DNA of 64,000 bases, from positions 25,636-89,635 of IMG/VR virus record IMGVR_UViG_2786546133_000001. One strand, 5' to 3'. Below the pieces are notes generated by a model. The model saw only the letters and a list, made by a program, of their open reading frames with translations, was not told the origin of the DNA and ran no database searches. This document shows positions 55,202 to 64,000 of the stretch, in pieces. The position numbers were made by a program, and so were the translations under genes. Origin of the DNA: a virus. Lineage: Duplodnaviria > Caudoviricetes. The first letter of the stretch is position 1, and each line of letters starts with the position of its first letter.

Positions 55202-55714
55202 CGCCGTCCTCTTCGGCGCACATCTTGTGAGCCGGCTTGCCCTGCTCGTCGCGCAGGTAAGTAAGCCGCTCGCAGTACCGGCACGGCCGCTCGTCCCTCC
55301 CCCAGTGCGAGCGGGCGGTCCAGTCGAGGAGCTGGCCCGGCGCGAGTTCGGGCAGCGGCGGCGGCGGTTTTCTCTGCCTGGGCGGCATGGATGGCCGTCC
55401 TCCTTTTGGCGGCGAGCAGCGCGCCGCCGGGCGCGCCGCTGCAACCTGCGCCGAAGTACCCGGCGTTCGTCCTCGTCGAGGCCGCCCCACACGCCGTCGC
55501 GCTCGTGCCGGTCGAGCGAGTGCCGCAGGCACTGCTCGATGACGGGGCAGCGAGCGCATACGGCTTTCGCTTCGTTCGCGACGAGCTGTGCCTTGGCCCG
55601 GCCGAAGTCCTTCGGGAAGAAGATCGCCGGGTCTTCCTCGCGGCAGGCGGCGTCGTCCCTCCAGTCGTTCGGCCGGGGCAGGGTGTCGGGCGCGTAGCGG
55701 CTCGGTCGGCCCAT
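54935..55714 (-). CDS. whiB: WhiB-family transcription factor (domain in about 55400-55714; stop unusually distal)
   Basis: WRDDAAC...FFP...AKAVCARCPVIEQC...GVWGG. Confidence 0.8.
   Translation of the reverse strand: MGRPSRYAPDTLPRPNDWRDDAACREEDPAIFFPKDFGRAKAQLVANEAKAVCARCPVIEQCLRHSLDRHERDGVWGGLDEDERRVLRRRLQRRARRRAARRQKEDGHPCRPGRENRRRRCPNSRRASSSTGPPARTGGGTSGRAGTASGLLTCATSRASRLTRCAPKRTASGAARRRCAPTEPGRSPLGDCGARRGRRVLVGELADRRVAVSVDPAKCLVVVRLRRRLAPLDDVTGARARRPAHPQRGEAVAPVERLA
55143..55388 (-). CDS. Small Zn-binding phage protein
   Basis: AAGGAGG RBS; PCRYC...HKMCAE. Confidence 0.65.
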   Translation of the reverse strand: MPPRQRKPPPPLPELAPGQLLDWTARSHWGRDERPCRYCERLTYLRDEQGKPAHKMCAEEDGVRRGAKTMRAYRAGKVAAR

Positions 55715-56007
55715 CAGCCGTCGGCCTGCTCGGCGCCCTCGGCGGGCGCCTGGGGCGCCTGTGCGATGGTGAGCGGCATCGTGTCCCAGTCGCCGCCCGT
55801 CGGCGCCTGTGGGGGCGTCTGGGCGTCGTCGCCGGTCGTCGTGGCGGTCTGCCGCGGCAGCCGGTGCGTGCCGGTCGGGCGCAGCGACCGCCAGGCGGCG
55901 ACGGCGAGCGCGGCGAGCAGCAGCGGCCCCCACCACCAGAACACCGACAGCAGCGCGTCGACGGCCAGGCCGAGCATGAGCGCGGTCGCCTTGAGTGCCT
56001 CGATCAC
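55714..56007 (-). CDS. Membrane protein
   Basis: Hydrophobic N-terminus; coupled to neighbours. Confidence 0.6.
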   Translation of the reverse strand: MIEALKATALMLGLAVDALLSVFWWWGPLLLAALAVAAWRSLRPTGTHRLPRQTATTTGDDAQTPPQAPTGGDWDTMPLTIAQAPQAPAEGAEQADG

Positions 56008-56258
56008 GACGTCCCCTCGTCCTCGCGGGTCTCGCCGTCGGCGCCGGCCTCGCGCCACCGGATGATGGTCTTCTCGGTGACGCCGAGCGCGCGCCCGACG
56101 GACTTCGCCGAGCCGGTCGAGTTCCGGGCCGCGTACAGCCGTTCCTCGGGCGACAGGGCGGAGTGGTGCAGCGTCCCCTTCAGGACGCGGTCGACGGCGA
56201 CGAGATCGATCCCGGCGACGTACGTCGCGTACGGCTTGACGTCTGGCCGCGCGCTCAT
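56004..56258 (-). CDS. Small HTH protein
   Basis: SAKSVGRALGVTEKTIIRWR. Confidence 0.7.
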   Translation of the reverse strand: MSARPDVKPYATYVAGIDLVAVDRVLKGTLHHSALSPEERLYAARNSTGSAKSVGRALGVTEKTIIRWREAGADGETREDEGTS

Positions 56259-56713
56259 CACGAGCCGCCGTTCTCGCGGGCCTTGCGCTGCGCGCGCAGA
56301 ACGCGGTCTTCGAGGTGAGCGCCGGCGACGCAGTGCTCGCGCTCGCACGCGGGCGCGTGCGTGATGTTCCCCTCGGGCTCGCGCTGGTAGTGGACGCGGA
56401 ACACCGCCCGGTACGCCGTCTCTGCGTGACTGCGCCACCACAACACCGGCGTGCCTTGCGGGTGCCGGCTGCCGGTCCACTCGGCGTGACCGTCGTCGAC
56501 GGGCTTGACCCGCCGGGCGATCGCCTCTTCCCACGTCTTTTCGGGCACGCGCCGCCCGCGCTGGAAGGTGTCGAGCCCGAGTTGCTGCCTCACCTCGTCG
56601 ACGCGCCCCCAGGGCACGCCGAGCGCTCGCGCGACGGACAGGTTCGACACCTCGGGCGACGTCAGGTGCCGGGCTATCTGCTCGTCGGTGACCTCGGCGA
56701 TCGCCGTCGTCAT
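56258..56713 (-). CDS. HTH plus degenerate HNH-like protein
   Basis: VARALGV; HAEWTG...AYRAVF...ACEREHCVAGAHL. Confidence 0.6.
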   Translation of the reverse strand: MTTAIAEVTDEQIARHLTSPEVSNLSVARALGVPWGRVDEVRQQLGLDTFQRGRRVPEKTWEEAIARRVKPVDDGHAEWTGSRHPQGTPVLWWRSHAETAYRAVFRVHYQREPEGNITHAPACEREHCVAGAHLEDRVLRAQRKARENGGS

Positions 56714-57288
56714 CGCTTCACCTCCGGCCAAGTGACCTTGTCGAGCCGCTCGCGCTGCGCCTGCGGCATCGGGAACAGGGGGGCGCCCAGGAAGTCGAGG
56801 CCGGCGCACCAGAGCCAGAACGCGTCAAGCTGGTTGTCGTCGGGGAACTCCCGGCCGGCTCGCTTCAGGGCGGCGATCGCCATCGGGACCTTGTCGCCGC
56901 TGCCCTTGCCGGTCGCGTACGCCTTGAGCGTCGCCGGGGTGATCAGCGCGTACGGGACGCCCGCCTTGTTCAGGACGGACCGCACGACGCCGTGAACCAT
57001 GGCGATCGGCTTCGCGGCGTGGCTGTTCTGCGGGATGTCTTCGAGGACGGCGAGCGTCGGCACGGGGCCGAGGTCGCCGCCGCCGATCGCGATCTCTGCG
57101 GCCGTCTCGATCTGCAACAGCCGCCGGTCGCCGTCCTTCTGCCGCGTCCTCACGGTGGCCGTGGAACCGTCCCGGTAGCAGATGCCGGGCGCGGTGAGGG
57201 ACAGGTCGAAGGCGACGACGGACAGGCCGGGGACGGCCCCCGCCGTCGGTGCGGCGGGGGCGTCCTCGAACAGGGTCGGCTCGGTCAC
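56710..57288 (-). CDS. RuvC-like Holliday junction resolvase
   Basis: AFDLSLTAPG, VLED, PATLKAYATGKG, DDNQLDA. Confidence 0.8.
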   Translation of the reverse strand: MTEPTLFEDAPAAPTAGAVPGLSVVAFDLSLTAPGICYRDGSTATVRTRQKDGDRRLLQIETAAEIAIGGGDLGPVPTLAVLEDIPQNSHAAKPIAMVHGVVRSVLNKAGVPYALITPATLKAYATGKGSGDKVPMAIAALKRAGREFPDDNQLDAFWLWCAGLDFLGAPLFPMPQAQRERLDKVTWPEVKR

Positions 57289-57986
57289 TTCTCGGGACTC
57301 CCGTCCATCCAGCCTTCGGGCAGCGGCGGCGCGAGCTGTATCCGCGTCAGGACCAGGTCGTCGGGGTCGTTCGTCTTGCAGTTGGCGCGGGCCTCCAGGA
57401 ACCGGCTGGGCAGTTCCTCGGGGGCGAGGCCGGTCGACGTGGTGAGCTGGTCGAGCAGCACCGTGACGGGCTGATCGATGTTCCAGCCGACGACGACGAC
57501 GCGCGCGGTCCGCGTCTTCAGGTCGACGGCCTCGACCTCGACGGGCGTCGCGAACCGGTGCTCGGTCCGCGCGGTGATGTACCGGCGACCGGCGTCGGTG
57601 ATGCTCGGCGCGTCCTGCTCGTCGGGGGTGACGTAACCGCGGGCGCGCAGGGTGCGCAGGAAGCCGCCCTCGTCGGTGAACGACTCGCACGACGCGAGCG
57701 CGCGGAGGATCTCCTCGGCGGCCTCGGGCATCGGGCTTTCCGTGGCGTGCTTCGTGATGCGGGTCATCTCTGCCCGCCAGGCGTGCGTGCCACGGGTCGT
57801 CGGCGCCGAGCACGGGCAGCCGGCGACGTAGACGGCGAGGTCGGCCGGGGTGTGCCGCATGCACTCGCCGACGTCGTGCCGGCCGCGCTCACACAGGGCG
57901 GCGGTGCAGCACGAGCAGTTCGGGCACGGTTCCTGAGCGGGTCTGAGCTGCTCGGCGGCGGTGGGGTCGAGAGTCGTTTCTGTCAT
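57285..57986 (-). CDS. Hypothetical protein with Cys-rich N-terminus
   Basis: CPNCSCC...GCPC; coupled genes. Confidence 0.65.
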   Translation of the reverse strand: MTETTLDPTAAEQLRPAQEPCPNCSCCTAALCERGRHDVGECMRHTPADLAVYVAGCPCSAPTTRGTHAWRAEMTRITKHATESPMPEAAEEILRALASCESFTDEGGFLRTLRARGYVTPDEQDAPSITDAGRRYITARTEHRFATPVEVEAVDLKTRTARVVVVGWNIDQPVTVLLDQLTTSTGLAPEELPSRFLEARANCKTNDPDDLVLTRIQLAPPLPEGWMDGSPEK

Positions 57987-58240
57987 CGCGTCCGTCCTGG
58001 GGTGGTGTGTCCGCAGTTGAAGCACTGCCGCGAGCCGTCGTCGCTGATCGCGTGCGGCTGTCGGCGCTGCTCGCGCGGGCAGTTGTCGAAGTCGACGAGC
58101 GCCGGGCCGTCTTCCAGCCCGAGCGTGAGAACCGCGGGCTCGTCGGTGAGCCGGTCGGCCACGGCGGCCGCCGGCGCGAGGGCCGGGGCGCCGTGGAACA
58201 GCAGGCCGCGCAGGGCGGCGAGCGCCGACCGGCCGTTCAC
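57983..58240 (-). CDS. Small Zn-ribbon protein
   Basis: NCPRE...QCFNCG. Confidence 0.55.
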   Translation of the reverse strand: MNGRSALAALRGLLFHGAPALAPAAAVADRLTDEPAVLTLGLEDGPALVDFDNCPREQRRQPHAISDDGSRQCFNCGHTTPGRTR

Positions 58241-58986
58241 CGCTCGGCCGCCTGTCGCGGCGCGGGGATCAGCGGCCAGCCGATCCGGAAATCGTGGGCG
58301 AGGTGCTCTTTGCCGGGCGTCGTCGCGAAGTGCTCGCGCAGGTCCTCTTGCTGGGTGAGGGCCCAGCCGACTTGCTCGGCGTGCAGTTCGCCGGGCGTCC
58401 GGCGGGCGAGCCACCTGTGCCGGTTGGCGATCTTCCACGCGACGGCGCATGCCGCCTTCGCGTCCGCCGCCGGATCGTGCGCGCCGTCGAGGTCAACGAC
58501 GTAGTGCTTGCACAGGTCTTCGAGGGTGCGGCCGCCGCGCCGGTAGCGGTCGACGCGCTTATCGAGGACGCGCGGGTCGATGACGCACGGCTCGCACCGC
58601 TCCCACAGGGTGGGCAAGCCGAACCGGCGGGCCTCGCGGTCGAGGATCGTCAGGTCGAACGGCGCGTTCATGGCGACGAGCGGCCAACCGGAGTTCACGC
58701 CGGCGGCGATCGTGGCGAGGATCTCGTCGACGACCTCGGCCGCCGGGCGTCCCGACGCGCGGGCCGCCTCGGTCGTCCACCCGTGCACGGCCGTCGCCTC
58801 GGCGGGAATCGGCGTGACCGTTCCGTCGGGGTCGGTCAGGTTCGACACCCAGGGCCACGTCTCGGTTTCCCGGCCGCCGCCGTAGCGGACTACGGCGGCG
58901 GACACGATGCGGGCTGTCTCGACGTCGGTCGACGTCGTTTCGAGGTCGGCCCCGAGCAGGGGCCGACGGTGCCAGGTGAGGGCCAC
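58237..58986 (-). CDS. DnaQ-like DEDDh 3'-5' exonuclease
   Basis: DLETT, AMNAPFD, AHDPAADA. Confidence 0.85.
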   Translation of the reverse strand: MALTWHRRPLLGADLETTSTDVETARIVSAAVVRYGGGRETETWPWVSNLTDPDGTVTPIPAEATAVHGWTTEAARASGRPAAEVVDEILATIAAGVNSGWPLVAMNAPFDLTILDREARRFGLPTLWERCEPCVIDPRVLDKRVDRYRRGGRTLEDLCKHYVVDLDGAHDPAADAKAACAVAWKIANRHRWLARRTPGELHAEQVGWALTQQEDLREHFATTPGKEHLAHDFRIGWPLIPAPRQAAER

Positions 58987-58992
58987 GAGTGG

Positions 58993-59976
58993 TTACCGCC
59001 TCTTGTTCCGGTCGCGGTTGCGGCGCCGCGGCTTGACCCGGCCGCGACCGGCGCTCGCCTTCCGCGGCAGGGTCTGCACGGGGACGTCCTGCGACGCCTC
59101 GGCCGCCGCGGCGGCGCGTCGGGCGTCGGCCTCCAGCGAGGCCGTCTCGGGGTCGAACACGGCGAGGATCTGCGGGCGCCCGTCCTCGGCGGCCTGCTCG
59201 ACGGCGACGAGCGCGCGCAGCTCGGCCGACTGCGGGACCAGCTTCGCCATGCGGCGTACGGCCGTCTTCACGTGCATGTCGTCGAAGTGCGTATGCCAGA
59301 ACGAATCCTTCGCGCCGGTCTGCTCGGCCCGCTGGTACGCCTTGCTGTACTCGTCGCGGACCGCCTCGGCGTCGTCGCGGGTGACGATCGCGACCGCCGA
59401 GCGGGCGCCGCCGTCGAGCCACGCGAAGGCGTACGCGAACAGCGGCTTCCCCCGCTGCTCGGCGGACGCGAGGATCTGCGGCTTGTGCGTGAAGTCGAGC
59501 GGCGCGGGCGCGGTCGGCTCGTAGGTCCACTCGTCGCCCTCGTAGACCAGGCCGGTCACGACGGACTTCACCAGGCCCGAGCGGTACATCAGGTCGACGT
59601 AACCGAGGTACGTCGGGATGAACACCGCGATCCGGTCGTCAGCGGTGATGACCGCCTGGCGGCCGTCGGGGATGAGCCCGAAGCGGGCGCACGTGATGAC
59701 GGCCTGGAGCACGCTCGCGGGGGTGCAGGTACGCAGCTTCGGCAGGACGGGCAGCAGCGCGGCGAAGAACAGGTCGGCGCTGATGTGCTTCGGCAGCGCC
59801 TTCTCGACGTCGGCCCGGTAGCGGCCGAGCCACTCGCCGACCGCCGCCGACTGCTCGTCGTGACCGGCGGGGGTTTCCTCGGCGCCGTCGGCGCGGCTGT
59901 GCTCGGCGTCCTCGCCGGTCGTCACGCCGCCCGCCGTCGCCGCCTTCACGCGGTCCTTGAGAGTTGCCAGGGCCAT
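58993..59976 (-). CDS. recT: RecT-family ssDNA annealing protein
   Basis: CTPASVL...FGLIPDG...YLGYVDLMYRSG...VYEGDE...MHVKTAVRR. Confidence 0.88.
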   Translation of the reverse strand: MALATLKDRVKAATAGGVTTGEDAEHSRADGAEETPAGHDEQSAAVGEWLGRYRADVEKALPKHISADLFFAALLPVLPKLRTCTPASVLQAVITCARFGLIPDGRQAVITADDRIAVFIPTYLGYVDLMYRSGLVKSVVTGLVYEGDEWTYEPTAPAPLDFTHKPQILASAEQRGKPLFAYAFAWLDGGARSAVAIVTRDDAEAVRDEYSKAYQRAEQTGAKDSFWHTHFDDMHVKTAVRRMAKLVPQSAELRALVAVEQAAEDGRPQILAVFDPETASLEADARRAAAAAEASQDVPVQTLPRKASAGRGRVKPRRRNRDRNKRR

Positions 59977-59978
59977 GG

Positions 59979-61082
59979 TCACAGCTCCTTCGCGGGGACG
60001 CGCAGCACGCGAGCGCGGTACTGCTCGTACGTCTTGGACTGCTCGGTCTTGAGCCGCTCGACGTCGAGGACCTCGACGGTCGTCGTGTACTGCGCGGCGA
60101 GCTCGGGCTGTTCCTCCGCGAAGCGCTTCGCGGCGAACGTGCCGTTCTGCTTCCACGACCAGGCGACGGACTTCCCGACCTTCGCGACCTCGGCGGACTC
60201 CGTGATCAGCCGCATCTCGTTCTCGACGGTGGTCAGTTCGGTGTCGAGCGTCTTGATCCGCTCGCGCAGGTCCGCGCGCCGCGCGCGCAGCTCCTTCGCC
60301 TTGCCGAGGTCGACGTCGACGACGCCGCCTTCCTTGGCCTGCCACAGCCGGCCGAGGAGTTCCTTCGTCGCGTCCAGTCCGTCGGCGGGCGGCGGGAAGC
60401 CCTCGACGACGTGCCGCTGATACCAGTCGCCGCAGTAGCCGACGAGGTACGCGATCATCTCCTCGTCGCGCTCGATGCGGTGGTACCGCAGCTTGTTACC
60501 GCCGACGAGCGCGGCGACCCACGCGTACGACCAGCCGCCGACGGCCATGTACCAGTGCGCCTGAAGGGCGGGGGCGTCGGGAACGCCGTCCTCCCACTCG
60601 TCGAGCTGGTACTCGCTGCGGTTCTTCAGCTCGACGGGGGCGACGACCTCGCCCGTCTCGGGGTCGAGGGCGTACCGGTCGACGTTCGCCCTCATCCACT
60701 CGTGCTCGGTGTGCACGAGCGTGCCCGGAGTCGGAACGGCCGGAATGCCCGAGCGCTTCGTGAACAGGTAGGCGACGAAGTCCTCGATGTCGCGGCCGAC
60801 CTCGGCGTACTCGCTCAGGGCGGCGTCCGCCTCGACGGCGCGGCCGTGCTTGGCCTCGAAGACGTGGCGCGGTCCCTGGTACTTGTCGAGCCCGAGGATC
60901 TTCGCGACGTCCGACCCGCCGATGCCGCTACGGCGCGCGGCGTGCCACTGCTCGTCGGTCGCGTCGGCGGGCAGCAGCAGGCGGGCCGTCGGGGCGCCGA
61001 AGGCGAGGTCGCGCGGGGAACCGGGCGCGGCCTTCTCGATCGCTGCGGGAGTCCAGGGCTGTTCAGTAGTCTGCGTGGACAA
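59979..61082 (-). CDS. YqaJ-like viral recombinase exonuclease
   Basis: WHAARRSGIGGSD, RANVD, ELKN, QAHWYM. Confidence 0.88.
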   Translation of the reverse strand: MSTQTTEQPWTPAAIEKAAPGSPRDLAFGAPTARLLLPADATDEQWHAARRSGIGGSDVAKILGLDKYQGPRHVFEAKHGRAVEADAALSEYAEVGRDIEDFVAYLFTKRSGIPAVPTPGTLVHTEHEWMRANVDRYALDPETGEVVAPVELKNRSEYQLDEWEDGVPDAPALQAHWYMAVGGWSYAWVAALVGGNKLRYHRIERDEEMIAYLVGYCGDWYQRHVVEGFPPPADGLDATKELLGRLWQAKEGGVVDVDLGKAKELRARRADLRERIKTLDTELTTVENEMRLITESAEVAKVGKSVAWSWKQNGTFAAKRFAEEQPELAAQYTTTVEVLDVERLKTEQSKTYEQYRARVLRVPAKEL

Positions 61083-61159
61083 CGTTCCTCTTCTCAGGTG
61101 GTTCGTTTCGGGGGAGTCGGGGCCGTAGAGCCGTGCAGGGCTCGCGGCCCCGTTCGCCG

Positions 61160-61435
61160 TCAAGACGCGGCGGGGCCCGCCGTTGCCGACGTGCTCGTGT
61201 GCTTCGCCTCCAGCGAGACGAGCGGGCAGTTCAGCGCGTCGGCGATCTTTCGGAGGTTCGCGGGCGTCGCGTTTCGGCGACCGGCCTCGATGTCGCACAT
61301 CAGTTGTTCCGAGAACCCGCACGCCGCAGCGAGCGCGCGCTTCGTCATGCCTGCGCGTTGCCGGGCGAAGGTCACTGCCTCGGGTGCGTGGTGGAAGGGG
61401 GAGCCTCTCGGGCGCCGCTTTTGGCGTTCGCTCAT
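61160..61435 (-). CDS. Cro-like XRE HTH protein
   Basis: ARQRAGMTKRALAAACG...DIEAGRRN; heads recombination operon. Confidence 0.8.
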   Translation of the reverse strand: MSERQKRRPRGSPFHHAPEAVTFARQRAGMTKRALAAACGFSEQLMCDIEAGRRNATPANLRKIADALNCPLVSLEAKHTSTSATAGPAAS

Positions 61436-61446
61436 GATTCAGAACG

Positions 61447-61585
61447 TAGTGCGTAGGGGCGCACCGTGCAACACCATGCGCACCATAGTGCGCAGTGGCG
61501 CGCAGAGTCTGTAACTTCGCACAGGTGGGGCGCAATGGCGCGCCCGTGTGCCTTCGTGTAGCGCGATAGCGCGTAGTTATGCGAA
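61447..61585. promoter_or_regulatory. Genetic-switch intergenic region with repeated GCGC(A)-type boxes
   Basis: Between divergent HTH genes; includes the 18-mer at 61488-61505. Confidence 0.65.
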
Positions 61586-61595
61586 GCTGCCGGTC

Positions 61596-62066
61596 ATGGA
61601 TGCGCAGACACCAGATCCGCCCGCAGAGGCGGAGATGATCAGGAAGGCCCTTCGCCGGGCGCGGCTATCCGGCCGCGAGGCGGCACGGAGGGCGGGACTC
61701 AGCGAGACCCGTTGGCGGCAGATCGCCAGCGGGTATCAGGACGTCGGCAAGGGCGTCCGTGTCCCGACACAGGCGCCGGACGACACGCTCGTCCGCGTGG
61801 CGCAGGTGCTCGGGATCCCATCGGACGACCTTCGCTCGGTCGGCCGCGACACTGCCGCAGAGCTGCTCGACGAACTCGCCGGTCCGCCGACTCCGGCCAG
61901 CACGCCGACAGCGACCGGTGATTCGCGTATCGCGGCGATCGCGACTCTGCTCGCGGACCTTCCGCCAGAGGCTCAGGAGGAGGTGCTGCGACAGGTCGGC
62001 CTCGCCGGGGTGCAACCCGCTCAGGCAGAGAAGCCGGCCGACGAGCAGCGTCGCCGGGTGGGCTGA
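61596..62066 (+). CDS. Immunity repressor-like HTH protein
   Basis: LSGREAARRAGLSETRWRQIASG; divergent from Cro-like gene. Confidence 0.75.
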   Translation: MDAQTPDPPAEAEMIRKALRRARLSGREAARRAGLSETRWRQIASGYQDVGKGVRVPTQAPDDTLVRVAQVLGIPSDDLRSVGRDTAAELLDELAGPPTPASTPTATGDSRIAAIATLLADLPPEAQEEVLRQVGLAGVQPAQAEKPADEQRRRVG

Positions 62067-62156
62067 CAAGATTACAGAAAAGTCACGAACTAGCCCCACT
62101 AGTGCAATAGTTGACTATCTGTCACATGATGCTCACACGAAACAAAGGGGGCATAA

Positions 62157-62942
62157 GTGGCAGACGTTTTGCTGTCAGGTGTTCTCGGCGCGGCGGTCCT
62201 CGCGATCGTCCTGCTCTATCGAACCGTCCAGAAACTCTCTGGGCAGACCACCCAGCTCCGCGCCGAGCTCACCGCTCAGAAGATCGCCGCGCTCCAGCAG
62301 CGCGCACCCGAACCCGCACCCGCCGCCGAAGAAGTCGAGCCCGCCCGGCGTAAGCGGCACCTCGCGCTCTACATCGGCGGCGGCGTCGGCGCCGTCCTCG
62401 CCTCATTCGGCGAGCGACTGCGCGACCTGATGAGGCGGCACCGCCGAGCGACCGCCGCGGGGACGGCCGTCGTCGTCGCCGCCGCATCGACCGCCGCAGC
62501 GCTGTACCTGACGTCGAACGACACTCACCCGGCGACCGGCGAGACGCACCCGCCGGCCACGGCCACCGACACGCCGGGCGACGACGAGCCGGCCGACGAC
62601 GCGCAGCCCGTGGCAAACACCGGCACCGTCGGCCGCCAGGACACCGGCCGCAGCACGCCCGCCGCCGGGCAGCCGCCCGCCGGGCCGACGCCCGCCACGA
62701 GTCCGGGCGCAGCCACGGCAACGCCGAGCGGCAGCGCCTCGCCGAGCACGTCCGGAAACGGCCCTGCCGAGCCGTCACATCCCGTGATGCCGACGCCGTC
62801 CGCGCCGTCAACACCGGACACAGGAACCCCAGTTCCGTCACCTTCCGGCCAAGGTCCGGGCAGTGGCGACAGCGAACAGAACGACGACGAAGATTGCCTC
62901 GCGCGTGTACACGTGCCGCCACTCGTCGACCTGTGTGTTTGA
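62157..62942 (+). CDS. Membrane protein (paralog 1)
   Basis: N-terminal TM, LRAELTAQKIAAL, EPARRKRHLALYIGGG, Pro/Thr-rich tail. Confidence 0.7.
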   Translation: MADVLLSGVLGAAVLAIVLLYRTVQKLSGQTTQLRAELTAQKIAALQQRAPEPAPAAEEVEPARRKRHLALYIGGGVGAVLASFGERLRDLMRRHRRATAAGTAVVVAAASTAAALYLTSNDTHPATGETHPPATATDTPGDDEPADDAQPVANTGTVGRQDTGRSTPAAGQPPAGPTPATSPGAATATPSGSASPSTSGNGPAEPSHPVMPTPSAPSTPDTGTPVPSPSGQGPGSGDSEQNDDEDCLARVHVPPLVDLCV

Positions 62943-62965
62943 ACTGGCGTCAGCAGCAAGGACAT

Positions 62966-62997
62966 TGGAGGGGGTTTCCACCAGGAAACCCCCTCCA
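62966..62997. terminator. 14-bp stem-loop
   Basis: TGGAGGGGGTTTCC-ACCA-GGAAACCCCCTCCA. Confidence 0.6.
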
Positions 62998-63157
62998 GTG
63001 CTCTCATGACGTACCGTCGGTAACTTTCGTCGCGGTTGTTCGACTGATCGAATCCAGTGACTTTCTGGTCACGTACGGTTGACGAATGGGCTTTCTACAC
63101 TGAAAGAATCGAGCTTGAAACGGCTCGTTTGAGCCGAAGCTACACAGGGGGTCAGGT

Positions 63158-64000
<843 letters not shown>

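Overview
High-GC actinobacterial DNA (probably Streptomyces, inferred from gene families). The whole window looks like one temperate siphovirus-type prophage or phage genome segment; no integrase, att site or host gene is visible. Order: small early/accessory genes (1-6127); a ParB-like/Gp88-like/ParB-like/C5-methyltransferase block; terminases; DUF1360-like gene, portal, and a MuF+2H-phosphoesterase+protease-like fusion; capsid; about 9 kb of modular Cys-rich fibre/decoration genes; non-contractile tail; GH25 lysin and holin; an XRE/HATPase-led cargo operon ending in a radical-SAM + 46-aa precursor + kinase RiPP-like cluster; minus-strand WhiB/RuvC/exonuclease/RecT/YqaJ genes; a divergent cro/repressor switch; two paralogous membrane proteins. 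Strongest signals: (1) a 17-nt element (G/A)CTGGTTNTGGGCCG(G/A)G occurs 8 times, each downstream of a TANNNT box, ends 26-29 nt before the start codon of a late gene, and is usually followed by an RBS-occluding hairpin, suggesting a translational-control regulon; (2) outer virion proteins are very Cys-rich while the tape measure has no Cys, and a CxxC membrane protein heads the head operon; (3) a phage-borne RiPP cluster downstream of TTA-codon genes. All product calls come from visual motif recognition, not database searches.
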